Of a stretch of DNA of 64,000 nt, positions 27,262-39,574 are shown one piece after another. The stretch is from NCBI RefSeq assembly GCF_041146345.1, contig NW_027191404.1, forward strand, positions 2,356,001 through 2,420,000, written 5' to 3'. The notes under the pieces are model-generated. The model saw only the letters and a list, made by a program, of their open reading frames with translations, had not been told where the DNA came from and did no database searches. A program made the position numbers and the translations under genes. Source of the DNA: Neodothiora populina. Taxonomy: Eukaryota. The stretch's first letter is position 1, and every line of letters starts with the position of its first letter.

Positions 27262-30200
27262 TTAAGATGCTGCCCCATCGTGAGTCGGTGGCACCGCAGC
27301 GCCGGTGATGTCGCCCTGGGTATCGTAGTTCTCCGCCGGAGCACAAGTGCAGAAGAGATTCATGTCACCATAAGCTGAAAAGGAAATCAGTATACATTAG
27401 AGTCAAGTCGAACCATGTTCAAAGACTTACCGTCATCGAGTCTCGTGACACTGGGCCAGAACTTCTTCTCCTTGAGCCATGGCAGTGGGTACGCGGCCTT
27501 CTCGCGCTCATATGGTCTGTCCCAGGTTCCAGTGATCAGGTCCTTCATGGTGTGTGGAGACATCTTCAGAACATTTCCTTCACGCGGTTGCTTGCCCTGT
27601 TCTACCTCGCTGATCTCTTCTCTGATGGAGATGAGGGCGTCACAGAAGCGATCGAGCTCCGCTTTGCTCTCCGACTCGGTGGGTTCGATCATGAGGGTGT
27701 TGGCCACAGGCCAGCTCATAGTAGGTGCGTGGAAGCCGTAGTCTTGCAGACGCTTAGCAACATCGATGGCCTCGATACCGGCGGTCTCCTTGAACTTTCG
27801 GGTATCAAGAATAAACTCGTGCGCACAGCGTCCGTTCTCGTTTGCGTAAAGGATGGGGTAGTGAGGCTTCAGGCGAGACATGATGTAGTTGGCATTGAGC
27901 AAGGTGATCTTGGTCGCGTGGGTAAGGCCCTTTGCTCCCATCATCTTGACGTAAGCCCAGCTGATGGGCAGGATGCTTGCACTGCCCCATGGCGCACCGC
28001 TGACAGGCGCAATGCCCGACTCGCCTCCGGTCTTGACGAGAGGGTGTTCAGGTAGGAATGGTGCCAGGTGTTTTGCAACACCGATAGGACCAACACCTGG
28101 ACCACCACCGCCGTGGGGAATACAGAAAGTCTTGTGGAGGTTCAAGTGACAGACATCAGCGCCAATTTCGCCTGGCGAGCAAAGACCGATCTGTGCATTC
28201 ATATTGGCTCCGTCCATGTAAACTTGACCACCGTGCTGGTGAATGAGATCGCAAGCCGCCTTGATGTTGGGCTCGAAGATACCGAAGGTGCTGGGGTAGG
28301 TGATCATGACGGCGCCGAGTTCCTCGCTGTGCTTCTCGCACTTTGCCTTCAAGTCGGCCATGTCAAGGTTTCCACTTCCAGTCTCGCACTTGATGGTCAC
28401 AACACGCATGCCGGCCATGGCGGCACTTGCGGGGTTGGTACCGTGTGCGGACACAGGAATGAGACAGATGTCACGCTTCTTGCCAGGCTGCTGCTCTAGA
28501 TACTTACGAATGACTCGGAGACCGGTGAACTCACCCTGAGCACCCGAGTTTGGCTGCAAGGAAACCGAGTGGAATCCAGTAATCTCGGCCAAGTCTGACT
28601 CAAGCTCGTTGATTAGGGTGGCATAGCCCTGTGCTTGCTCTGTTGGGGCGAAAGGGTGAATGGAGGAGAACTCGGGCCATGTGATGGGGACCATCTCGGT
28701 AGTGGCGTTGAGCTTCATTGTGCATGAACCCAGGGGGATCATGGAGTGAACAAGGGAAAGATCCTTGGACTGGAGATGGTGAATGTAGCGCAGCAACTCA
28801 GTCTCCGAATGGTGCGAATTGAACACGGGATGGGTCAAGTAGGCTGACTTGCGCTGCAAGTCCGTAGGGATCTGAGAAAGCACGGTGTCTGAGGAAACAC
28901 CAACCGTCTTTGCGATGCCATCAACGGACAGCTTTGCTGAGCCTCCATCTGCTGACTTCGCGGCGGCGGCGAGAATGTCAATGATAGCCTGGATATCCTC
29001 TTTCTCGACAGTCTCATCAAGAGTGATACCGACATGGTCCTGGTCAATTGCCCTAAGGTTCACCTGGAACTTCTCCTCGGCAAATTTGACAAAGTCGCCA
29101 GCCTTGCCTGATACTGCTCCGTCTGAGATGACAACAGTATCAAAGAGACCGCCTTGCGTGGTGTAGCCGAGGTCTGATGCAGCTTGTGCCACAACCTTGG
29201 TAGATTTTATGACGCGGTGGGCAATGTCCTTGAGACCTTGAGGTCCGTGGTAGACAGCATACATGGCGCTCATGTTTGCCAACAATGCCTGGGCGGTGCA
29301 GATGTTGCTGGTCGCCTTCTCACGACGAATGTGCTGCTCTCTGGTTTGCAGCGCCAGACGAGCGGCGTTGTCACCAAGACGGTCCTTGGAGAGTCCAATG
29401 AGACGACCTGGAATCTTACGCTTGTGCTGTTCTCCGCAAGCAAAGAAGGCAGCGTGAGGGCCGCCGTAGCCGAACGGAACTCCAAAACGCTGGGCATTTC
29501 CAAACGCAATGTCGGCACCAAATTCGCCTGGGGGAGTCAAGACGGTCAGAGCAAGGAGGTCCGTTGCAACGGCAAAAGTGCTCTTGAGCTTGTGCACCTT
29601 CTCAGAGAGGTTTTTGAAGTCAGATACTCCTCCAAGAGTGTCTGGGTATTGGGCCAAAACACCAATCAGGTCTTCTCCAATCTCTTCAACGCGCTTGCTG
29701 CCGTCCTTCAGGACATCGGCAACTTCGATCTTGATGCCGAAACCAGAAGCACGAGACTCCAAGACAGCGATCGTCTGCGGGTGGCACAAGTGGGATACAA
29801 GATATGTCTTGTTTGCTCTCTTTTGTCGGGACATGGGCAACACTCCCATAGACATGGTCATGGCCTCGGCGGCGGCAGTGGGCTCGTCCAGAACGGAGGC
29901 ATTGGAGATGGAGAGGCCAGTGAGGTCGGAAACCATGGTCTGGAAGTTCAGGAGTGACTCAAGACGGCCCTGGCTGATCTCTGGCTGGTAAGGGGTATAA
30001 GAAGTGTACCAGCCCGGGTTCTCCAGAACATTTCTCTTGATGACCTCTGGGGTCCTTGTTCCTGCATAACCACAGCCGATGTAGCTCTTCAGGACCTTGT
30101 TGCCGCTGGCGATCTCTCGGAGACGCGCAAGCAATTGACTCTCGCTGAAGCCTTCAGCGTCATTGTGATCACTTGGCTCACCCTTGCTGTCCTTGAAAGC

Positions 30201-30551
30201 AGGACCTTCGATGTGAAGATCTCGGCTGGACAGGATATCCGCTGGCAGAACCTGTTTCACGAAAGCATCCAAAGACTCAATCGGAGGGTCGAGGACTTTG
30301 AGCATCTGCTCAGTCGATGTTTCCGAAGGGCCAATGTGACGGCGAGCGAAAGTGTCGAGAGGTCGGAAAGGGTACTTGTCTGTTTGCTCAGCAGCCGAAG
30401 GAGAGGCATTTGAGTAGAACGTTCTCGAGGCTGAGAAAGTGAACTTCCTAGGCAGCTGACATGTCGACTGGCGAATGGCAGCTGCGCGAGACAAAGAGCA
30501 GGTTGCAAAATGGCGGCGCGTCCTTATGGTCGACACCAGGGAAGACTGCAT
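27262..30551 (-). CDS. GCV2: Glycine decarboxylase P-protein, mitochondrial (intron 27430-27375)
   Basis: YTSYTPYQPEISQGRLESL, PLP-lysine motif LNLHKTFCIPHGGGGPG, and terminal exon AYGDMNLFCTC. Confidence 0.97.
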
Positions 30552-31427
30552 CTCTGCTTGCTCCTGCTAGATAATACTAGGCTTCCTGGGCCCAGATATC
30601 AATCACCAAACAGTTCAGCTTTTTGGTCTCGGGCTTCGTGTACCTCTTGTTATGTGATTCCGCTCCAGATCAATCGAGTGCTCGAATAATTATGTCGACC
30701 AAGCTTAACCCCGTGGAGCAGACCTATCTCCGCAGTGATATAGTGAATTATGGGGATGGAAGCAAAGAGCAAGTGAGTGTGAGGATGAGAGGTAAGAAGA
30801 AATCAAGAAAGACAGCGAGAAATGTTATGTCTCTACGCCATGCAAAGGACCAAGAGATTCCACAACGTATGACTACCCTACCTTTGCATCTACATCGTAC
30901 GTACATCATCAGCGAACCCCATACAATTTACTCACATCTCTCTCGCGAAGATAACCAAAATGTCGCTTATCTTTTATCATTCTCGCGCGAGAGACCCTGG
31001 GGACCGCGGGAGCGACGCTTCAATACAAGTACGGAACTTTGTTGAAAAGCCGCCGACAAGCGAGCGAGCGAGTGAGAGGCATTGGTCTGAACCCCGGCTT
31101 TATGGTGATGGCAATTAATTACTCCATGCTGTTACGAAGAGCTGGTGAGGACATAAAAGCATCGAGTCCACTTCCAATTGTTCATGCGGCACTCGTACGA
31201 AAAAGCAGTGACAAGTCGCGTGTCTTCCATGTCCTCGCTGTTTGTGAATCACCTTATGCAAACCTGATGTAGCTGTTCCTCTGGGACAGATGCACAAGGC
31301 AAAGTCGTCCGGTGCCGGAACTGCCTTATCAAACAGCCCGGTCCCATGAATGGATAATCACGAAGCAGGAATAATTACCACTGCAAGTCATAGGTGTATC
31401 ATTTCTTACTGACTCCGAATCCTACAA

Positions 31428-32378
31428 TCAATTCCTTCCGAACCAGCCACCTGCCAAGGGTATTTTACTGTACAGCTCGTCATATTCGCGCCCGATCCAT
31501 CCCTCCACTCTCCCTCCCCTGCCCACAATCCCCAGACCGCCCGCCATCCAAAGGCCTGCGATCAATGCGCTGACGGCGTTTATCATGTACCACCTTCTTT
31601 TCTTGATCAATTGTCCCTCTGATCCACCGACCGTAACACTTGCAGGAGTGAGCCTCAACCACTTAGCCCAGCCCCAAGTCGTGTGCCAGACCCCAACAGT
31701 GACCAGCAACGAGAAGCCAGCAAACGACACGGCGGGATGCTTTGCGGACCCATGAGCCACGTATCCGAGACCGATGTTGCTGCTGCCTCCCTCGACCCAC
31801 AACGGCAGCACTCTGCTGACAAAGGCGTGTCCTGCCACCAGCGGCACAAGAAGGTATCCTACTTTACTCGTGCCAGACACTGCTGGCCACGGCACGAAGC
31901 GCCTGTCCTTGCGGCTCTCGGCGCCATATTGCTTGAGACTCTGCCGCCTTCTGTGTATGCGCAGCGCGAGTCCGCTGCCGATATGCGCAATCAAAGGTAA
32001 CACCACAACAAGAGGCTCAGCAATAGGGGACTGATAGTAAGGTCTGGTGAGCAGTAGAAAGCGCTCAGACGCCGGCACCGACCTCGTGATGAGAGGTATT
32101 ATGGACGTGTTGGCGACGTGGAACGCCGTGAAGACGGTGAAGGCATAGCTCGAGTATTTCTGAATGCGATTCAAGTACCAGGCTGGTGAGTGTGCGTTCA
32201 GCCCGAAGGTCGAGGAGCGGTTCAACATGCCCGGGGTGGGCGACACTGGATTGCTTTCATCTTTGGATCCTATGTCTGGGAAGTAGCCTTCGCCGGAGGA
32301 GTTGGGTGTTTCTTCTATAGGTGACGGTTCCAGCTCTTCTAGGGTGGGCTCCCTCGAGAGATCGTCCACATGCTGCAT
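31428..32378 (-). CDS. MCP1: Mitochondrial outer-membrane adapter Mcp1 (DUF1691) family
   Basis: RIQKYSSYAFTVFTAFHVANTS...LLLTRPYYQSPIAEPLVV and multiple His-bearing TM helices. Confidence 0.75.
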   Translation of the reverse strand: MQHVDDLSREPTLEELEPSPIEETPNSSGEGYFPDIGSKDESNPVSPTPGMLNRSSTFGLNAHSPAWYLNRIQKYSSYAFTVFTAFHVANTSIIPLITRSVPASERFLLLTRPYYQSPIAEPLVVVLPLIAHIGSGLALRIHRRRQSLKQYGAESRKDRRFVPWPAVSGTSKVGYLLVPLVAGHAFVSRVLPLWVEGGSSNIGLGYVAHGSAKHPAVSFAGFSLLVTVGVWHTTWGWAKWLRLTPASVTVGGSEGQLIKKRRWYMINAVSALIAGLWMAGGLGIVGRGGRVEGWIGREYDELYSKIPLAGGWFGRN

Positions 32379-33016
32379 GATCAGCTAGGTAGAGTGTAGA
32401 TTGCGATTGTTGTAGAGATGCTGGATGGGTCGTATAATGCACATGCGCGCGGCGAATCAGATCGATCTTGTGGGTCAGCACTGCGCGTCTTCTACCATTT
32501 ACTCCGTCATGCGGGGCGGCCGGGGAGATCGAGTAGGGCGACCCTGGCCGTGTATGCCTCTATGATCAGCATAGTGTCACCTCGTAAAGGCTGCTGGGAT
32601 TGTCCATTGCCTAAGGCGAAATCAAAACATGAATAACTCTAGAGAAGCTCTCATGATACAGTTGGTCAATGGAATTGTAATTGGGTGATGGTCATTGAAA
32701 TCATGGACCATCTACTTCTTCAATTTCTACAGCGTTGCGGCGAGGAGCGGGTCACACAGAATCAACAGCACACGGATAGCTGACTTACCCAGCCTGATAT
32801 CATGCTTTCTAGCATGGTCCCAAGTATCCGAATAGTGTCACGAGGTTGCGAAGGAATGCATCGGTGGATCATAGAGGTAATTAGGCACTTCAGTAGTGGA
32901 CCAGCAGCATCCACACTCGGCGTTTTTCGGCGTGTGACCTCCGCTCCACCAGGGTTGTTTTGCCATATCCACCACCAAAAACTCTCGATAAAGCACCCAC
33001 ATGTGAATCGACAAAC

Positions 33017-33952
33017 ATGCTGCCCTCAACACAGCGGGCGAGCGCGCAATCTCTCAAAAATCTACGGAGGGTATACAGAGTAGCAGCTCGGCGCGTAGAA
33101 TCCACAACAACAAGCTCCACATCCCCCACGCCGCCGCCGTCGTGGCTAAAACGCAACCGAAGAGCAATCATCTGGTCCTCGCTGGGTCTAACATGCGGAA
33201 TCAGCACCGGAGCCCTCATATCTCACACCGTCGCGCCGCCTCCTCACCCGGCCCCAGGAAGTCACGAAGACGCGATCCTCGTGCGCGACCTCGACCGCCG
33301 CATCGACGACGAATTCAAAGTCAAGGTCCTGCGCGGCAAGTGCACAGCAGCGGCAGCGAACCTGCGCGGCGAAGACGGATCATGGCGAGAGCTCCCTGCG
33401 GCGTCGACGACGACGACTCCGGCGTTCTTGAAGCAGTCGCTAGCGGGCGCGCGGGGGCTGGGTGTCGAGAGGGTGTTCTGGAATGGCAAGGGCAAGGAGC
33501 TGGTCGCGGTCGTGTGGTTCGGTGGTGCGACTTCTGGCTGGCCCGGGGTTACGCATGGAGGCTGCATCGCTGCTGTTATGGCTGAGAAAATGACACTGGC
33601 GGCAAGATTGGCTGCGCTTGGTGGCAATGCGCCGCTGCCGTCGTCGTCTGAGGTCGTTCATCAGAGCGCTGATGTCAATCAATTGGAGATCAACTACAAG
33701 AAGCCGACATATGCCAATGCATTTTATGTAGTGCGCATGCTGCCGCGCCACGGCGAGGATGGGAGCAGTGTGCTCGGAGAGGTCGATGTTGATGGCACAC
33801 TCGAGACCCTCCAAGGCAAGCTCTGTGTTTCCGTCTCTGGCAGTGTCCCGGTTTCAGAGGTGAAAACTGGTGCTGGTCAGGCTTCAATACCCACTACTCA
33901 GCGAGCCAAATCTTGGATAGGTTGGCCATCTCGCTCGCAGGCGTCGCAATGA
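33017..33952 (+). CDS. Mitochondrial HotDog-fold thioesterase (Fmp10-like)
   Basis: Arg/Ser-rich presequence, a TM segment, GWPGVTHGGCIAAVM and LEINYKKPT motifs. Confidence 0.7.
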   Translation: MLPSTQRASAQSLKNLRRVYRVAARRVESTTTSSTSPTPPPSWLKRNRRAIIWSSLGLTCGISTGALISHTVAPPPHPAPGSHEDAILVRDLDRRIDDEFKVKVLRGKCTAAAANLRGEDGSWRELPAASTTTTPAFLKQSLAGARGLGVERVFWNGKGKELVAVVWFGGATSGWPGVTHGGCIAAVMAEKMTLAARLAALGGNAPLPSSSEVVHQSADVNQLEINYKKPTYANAFYVVRMLPRHGEDGSSVLGEVDVDGTLETLQGKLCVSVSGSVPVSEVKTGAGQASIPTTQRAKSWIGWPSRSQASQ

Positions 33953-34593
33953 GGGCGAGGCAGACATTATACAAGATGAAGTCAATTCGAAACACTGATG
34001 TAACGCTCGCCGTGCCGGAGCTCCAGAGGATACCTCATTGTCCGTCCGAGCGTCTCGACTTGGAAGTGACGACAGCCCAAGTCCAGAAGACACCACGCTT
34101 TTTGCTGCTGCTATTGCTTGGGGAAACAAGTCTGACGCGGTAGATTCACCGACTGGCCTTTCCCGGAAGGTCGCCGTGCAGACCGAGTACGAAAGTATTG
34201 CAGCTCTCCTATGGCGGCGGATCATGACAAGCAGGTCATAGAAGACAAAAACTTGTCGTATTACTACAGCTATGGCTATGGAAGCGCTGACTATCGTCCA
34301 AAAAGGCAATCGTGAAAACTCCCAACTTTCAAATTGACAAAAGCTATCCCTTTGCGCCATCTCGTGATAAAGGTATCGTCGTTGGTGCTGAATGGGGAAA
34401 GAGTAAGAGATAAAACTGCGGTCGTAATGTAAAAAGCATTCCCATCCTCATCACGCTCGGTTCCGAAAGGCCTGCAACTTGCAGCTGGCGCTTGAAGACT
34501 GCATTTACATTGTTGGAGGCCCCCCAACGTCTCTTACAACCGTATCGTGAATAATGTGCAGAAGCGAAGGCAATCCTGAAATGGTTGCAGAGC

Positions 34594-35427
34594 TCAGTGC
34601 CTCGTTGCGACAACTGTGAGATGTCAGGTCAGCGGATCATGTTGTTGTTCCGATGTCAGAGAGACCTACCACTTGGTACAATGATGACGATGAGCAGAAC
34701 GATGATGCCAATGATCAGGCACATTCTCATCTTCATGTCCTTCCACCACATCTGCTTTCTGACTCTATTCGCGCCGCGTCTGAATCCTTGTGCGGACACC
34801 GCGAGATTGTCTGTCTTGTCTTGGAGGCTGTCGAGGCGCTCACCACGTTCTGAGACCTTGTTGATGTTGTTACGCATGACATTGACGGTGGAGTCGATTT
34901 CCTGGAGTAAGCCGATTAGCTCCTACTCTGCTATCTGTAATTTGTGTTGACGGTTTTGTGTTCCTGAGCTGCCGATATTGATGAGGATGCGACTCCGGGA
35001 TCGACAAGCATGCGACACGCAGGTCGGCTTCGGTGACGGGTAGACTTAGCAAGGCAGCAGTATCATTAATCATTGGCAACATGACGGGCGGAGCTTGCCC
35101 AGCATGATATTGTCAGGGCAATCAGAAGAGTTCCCTTTCACTCATGTAGCGAATGATAGACTTGGTAATTGAGGAGCTCCAGCCTGCTGCTGGTTTCCCA
35201 TTGTCGTCGATACTGCTACTGCGGTTGCTGCTGTAGCTGTCTTATCTCGCGCCCCTAGTAGCACGTCCCCGGAGCGTGACATGCTCTATCACGGCAGCTC
35301 TGGAGTGAAACGAAACGAAAGGATGACCTACAGCTTGCAAAGCTGCAGTGCGCTGGTTTCCATCTCTGGCGCCACTGCTTCCCTGCTGGCCGGAGGGAAT
35401 GTATGGGTCATAGGGTGCCTCAGACAT
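34594..35427 (-). CDS. SNC1: Synaptobrevin v-SNARE (exons 35427-35332, 34901-34670, 34613-34594)
   Basis: [11 protein letters not shown]...[35 protein letters not shown]...[11 protein letters not shown] followed by a C-terminal TM segment. Confidence 0.95.
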
Positions 35428-37409
35428 GTTGTTGTGCGGGATTTTGCCGTGTGTTTGGATCGCAAGACAGTGTATAGATGAACCAGATCACTCCGTTGTA
35501 GGATTTGTCAATGATTGTAGATGCGCGCGGTTGAATAGGCAATAGTCCGAAGGGAGTTGATTGAATGTTTTAAGAAGGCTGGTATGCGAGAATGACGATG
35601 AGAGAGACGGAGAGGTGAGGCGATTCGATTACAGATTACAGGGTTCTCGCGGCTCAGCCGCTTCAAGGTTGTATTCCCGCCCATTTGGGTTTAGACCGGC
35701 GCAGGCTGCGGCTTTCAGACGTTGCACAGTTGCAGAAACCCAGCCCGAAGCCAGTGCTTTTCCCCCTCGTCCTCTTTGTCACGACAACCCCGAATACCTT
35801 TGTCGTATGACATTATTCGTGTTCCTGGCTTGCTCCCAGACTCTCGGACTAGCGATATACCTGCTGCCTGAATGGCGGACTCGGGTCGATCTCAAACACC
35901 TAAGATGAGGCAAACCCGGAGTCTGAGATGCTTTCCGGCTTCATCCAGGGGAACACAACGTTCTCTTTACCTACGGACTCCCACGGTGGTGAAGTATTTT
36001 CAGTCTCGACTGCGTAGTCCCCGACTTGAGTCTTCAATCGTGTCTTCCGCACAAACCGCAATTCCGTAGCCAATATGTGAATGGTCACGATTAGATCGCG
36101 AAACACGCGTAGCATGATAACTTACACGTCAGTACCACATAGTGCATTACGGCAGGTCCTCAATCGGACTGTGAGGCGATAGATACTACTGTATGAACGG
36201 CGGTCCCTGGAAGCCGCTGTACGGTGCTGCAATATACATCACTGCATCAGATAGTATCGCATCTCAGTGATCCTCTATGTGGCACAGCAAAGCTCCCCTA
36301 TATTGCTATGGTTCTTAGGTCTTATACGTACGGTCTATACTGCTGCTCGCTGTCCACGAATCACCCAATCTCTCTTACACACCATGGCAAATAAACAGGA
36401 GCATACCAAGCCAACCAGCTCCTCGGCGGAAGATTTTGGTGGTTACAGAGCCACCCTTGGCCAGCCAGCACTTGGCTATCCCGTATTTAGCTGCTTGGTG
36501 TCAACGCGCACGAGCCTACAGTACCGTCGCTTGCCTTGGCATTTATCTTAACCTCGATTAGGGTGGACGGATGAAGTGTATCTCCTAATAGCAACTCGTG
36601 AACACTGAGAATCGAGACCATATCATACGTGAATGACCTTGTGACTGCGTACGACTCGCAATCTGCAGGGCTGTACCTCGATGTATATGCCTCGACTGGA
36701 GAATTTTGACAGAACAAAGCGCACGTATGGGGAACGTCCGCAGTGGTCCGAGAGAGAATCCCCACACAACCCATCGTGGAGTGACAGAGTCAGGCGGTTT
36801 AGCGTAATGATCTGCATATATTGGCGTCGAGAATGGTCGTCTTCCAACGGCTTATGTGTCTGTGAGAGCTACAAAGCCATTTCGTACATTCATTCGCCTG
36901 CGCCTGTGCCCATGGCTCTCCTAAGCAGCCCAAGGATCCCAAGGGGAAGCAACCTTAATGTCTCAGCATTATTGCCTTCGTATATAGAACGCCTTAGTCC
37001 CCTTTCTGTCTTTGACTTACCCAACCCATTGCTGCTGCCGCCACACACACTCTCTTTTACTACGAGTACCTTACTTTCGCTAAATTTAGATTTGTGTTAA
37101 CCACGGCGCGTGGGGTCCTGTACACCATCCATACTGCCCACATCTTCCGTCTTTGACCGTCATCCCACTTTGCTCTGCGCCCTCGCCATCGAACGTGTCG
37201 TGGTACGAGCATTTGGTGTCTGTGTATCTAATCAGACAGCCACGAACACCTGCAGCAAACCTTCTGTAAAGGGTTGACTGTTACTTCGAACATTGACAAT
37301 ACTTTCTATCGCTGTAAAAGTCATAGCGTCACGAAAATCACTACCACTCGGTCTAAACGCCACTGTATGATATCGACTTAATCTTTCATTGGACATTTCA
37401 TCAACAAGT

Positions 37410-38966
37410 ATGCGCATCTCATCTGGTCTTGCCTGTCTGGCAACCACGACATTACTGTCTCTGCCTCATGTGTCGGCTTTGGAAGTTGATCTTACAAACA
37501 CGGGTTCGTTACTAGTCCAGTGCCTCGTTGTGTCGCATTGACTTATTGACTCTCCTCTAGATTCCATCAAAGCTGCTGCAAAAACTGTCGCTTATGGCAT
37601 GGTAAAGTACTACAAAGGAAATGAATCCGGCGGAATCCCTGGTCTCCTGCCAGGCCCATATTACTGGTGGGAAGCCGGTGCCATGTTTGGTTCCTTGATC
37701 GACTACTGGTACTATACTGGAGACACCACATACAACGACATCACGACACAGGCAATGTTATTCCAGGTTGGACCGGACGTCAACTATATGCCTCCGAACC
37801 AGAGCAAGTCTTTGGGCAACGATGATCAAAGTTTCTGGGGTCTTGCTGCCATGTCTGCCGCTGAAGCAAAATTCCCGGACCCCCCAGCTGGAAAGCCACA
37901 GTGGCTCGCTCTTGCGCAAGCCGTCTTTAATAGTCAGGCCCTCAGATGGGACACTAGCACTTGCGCTGGTGGCCTGAGGTGGCAGATCTTCACCTTCAAC
38001 AATGGTTACAACTACAAGAATACCATTTCCAACGGCTGCTTCTTTAACCTTGCTGCAAGACTCGCTGCCTATACCGGAAACACCACCTACACCGATTGGG
38101 CAGTCAAGAGTTGGGACTGGACCGAGAGAGTTGGACTCATGAGCAGTGACTACCAATTCTACGACGGAACTGACGATACCCTGAACTGCACCGAGCTCGA
38201 TCATAATCAGTGGTCATACAATGCAGGAGTCTATCTGCTCGGAGCCGCCACCATGTGGAACGTGACCGGAGACGACGTCTGGAAGCAACGTACTCAGTCA
38301 ATCTGGTCGGCATGTAACATTTTCTTCACTGGTGAGACCAACCAAATCATGTACGAGTTCTGCGAGCCAAGCAACAACTGCAACACCGATCAGCTCAGTT
38401 TCAAAGCCTACCTCTCGCGCTGGATGGCTGCTTCGACCAAGATGGCACCTTTCCTGTACGACGAGATTAAGCCTTTCCTCGTCACTTCAGCAACTGCTGC
38501 TGCTACATCATGCTCTGGCGGCACCGACGGTGTGACTTGCGGCACCAAGTGGTGGGCCAACGGTAGCGTATGGGACAACACTTGGGGCGTCGGTCAACAA
38601 ATGTCTGCGCTCGAGGTCATTCAGTCCAACCTGATCGACACGGTCCAAGGTCCCGTTACCAACGGAACCGGCGGTACCTCACAAGGAGACCCAAGGTAAG
38701 TTCACAATCTTTCGAGAATGACCGAATAACACGCTAACTTTCATTTCCAAACAGTGCCGGCACAGGTGGCGATACCAACCCCGCCGCGCCCCAAGACCCC
38801 ATCGGCACAAGCGACAGAGCCGGCGCGGGTATCATCACCGCTATTGTCATTCTGACTCTGATCGGAGGAGCATGGTAAGCCTTTCTCCCACATCCCATTA
38901 TCCGCAGATTGATGTCTCGAAGAACACGAAATTAACATTCTCGTCACTAGGTGGATGATTGCATGA
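37410..38966 (+). CDS. GH76 mannan endo-1,6-alpha-mannosidase, DCW1/DFG5 family (introns 37504-37560, 38696-38754, ~38875-38950)
   Basis: Signal peptide, [12 protein letters not shown], catalytic [19 protein letters not shown], and GPI-like C-terminus [14 protein letters not shown]. Confidence 0.93.
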
Positions 38967-39574
38967 TCAAACAATACTCGGTTGTAATTTGGGGCGTTTC
39001 ATTTTTGGATCAGGACAAGGGGTGGAAGTTCCACATTTCCACAAGGTTGACGCTATGTTTTAAAATAATCGTAGAAAGAAAGAAAAGAACAAAGTCACGA
39101 TTGCAAAATTATCACCAGCAAGGGCTGTTGCGTGTGCATAGTCGTTCTCGTTGATGTCATATGCTCCAGGTGTGATTTAGTCATATGGTCTTGTCGTAGG
39201 AGACGTTTTCGCTCTAGAGACGATGACCATTGGCCCTAGTCGAAGGATCAATTTACATGCATCATAGCGAATAATAATACAGAATAGTGTAACAAGGCAT
39301 TTTTTTGAAGGGCTATGGGCAACCTGGAAACATTCTCAACGTGAATGGTCCTCACCGCCGTCGTGGCGCGAGGTTATGGCCATCATCTCCACCACCGCAA
39401 TATATGTATCAGCGATGCCCAACCATGGACTCAATTCCCATATGCAGATGAAAGAAACTTGATGAAAAGAGTAAGGCTAATGACCGAAGACTCTGTTAGC
39501 TCGTCATGATATCGGTCCGCCATTGTCATAAAACCGGTCCAACATGCTCGACTTCCTCTCCAGATAACATTGAA

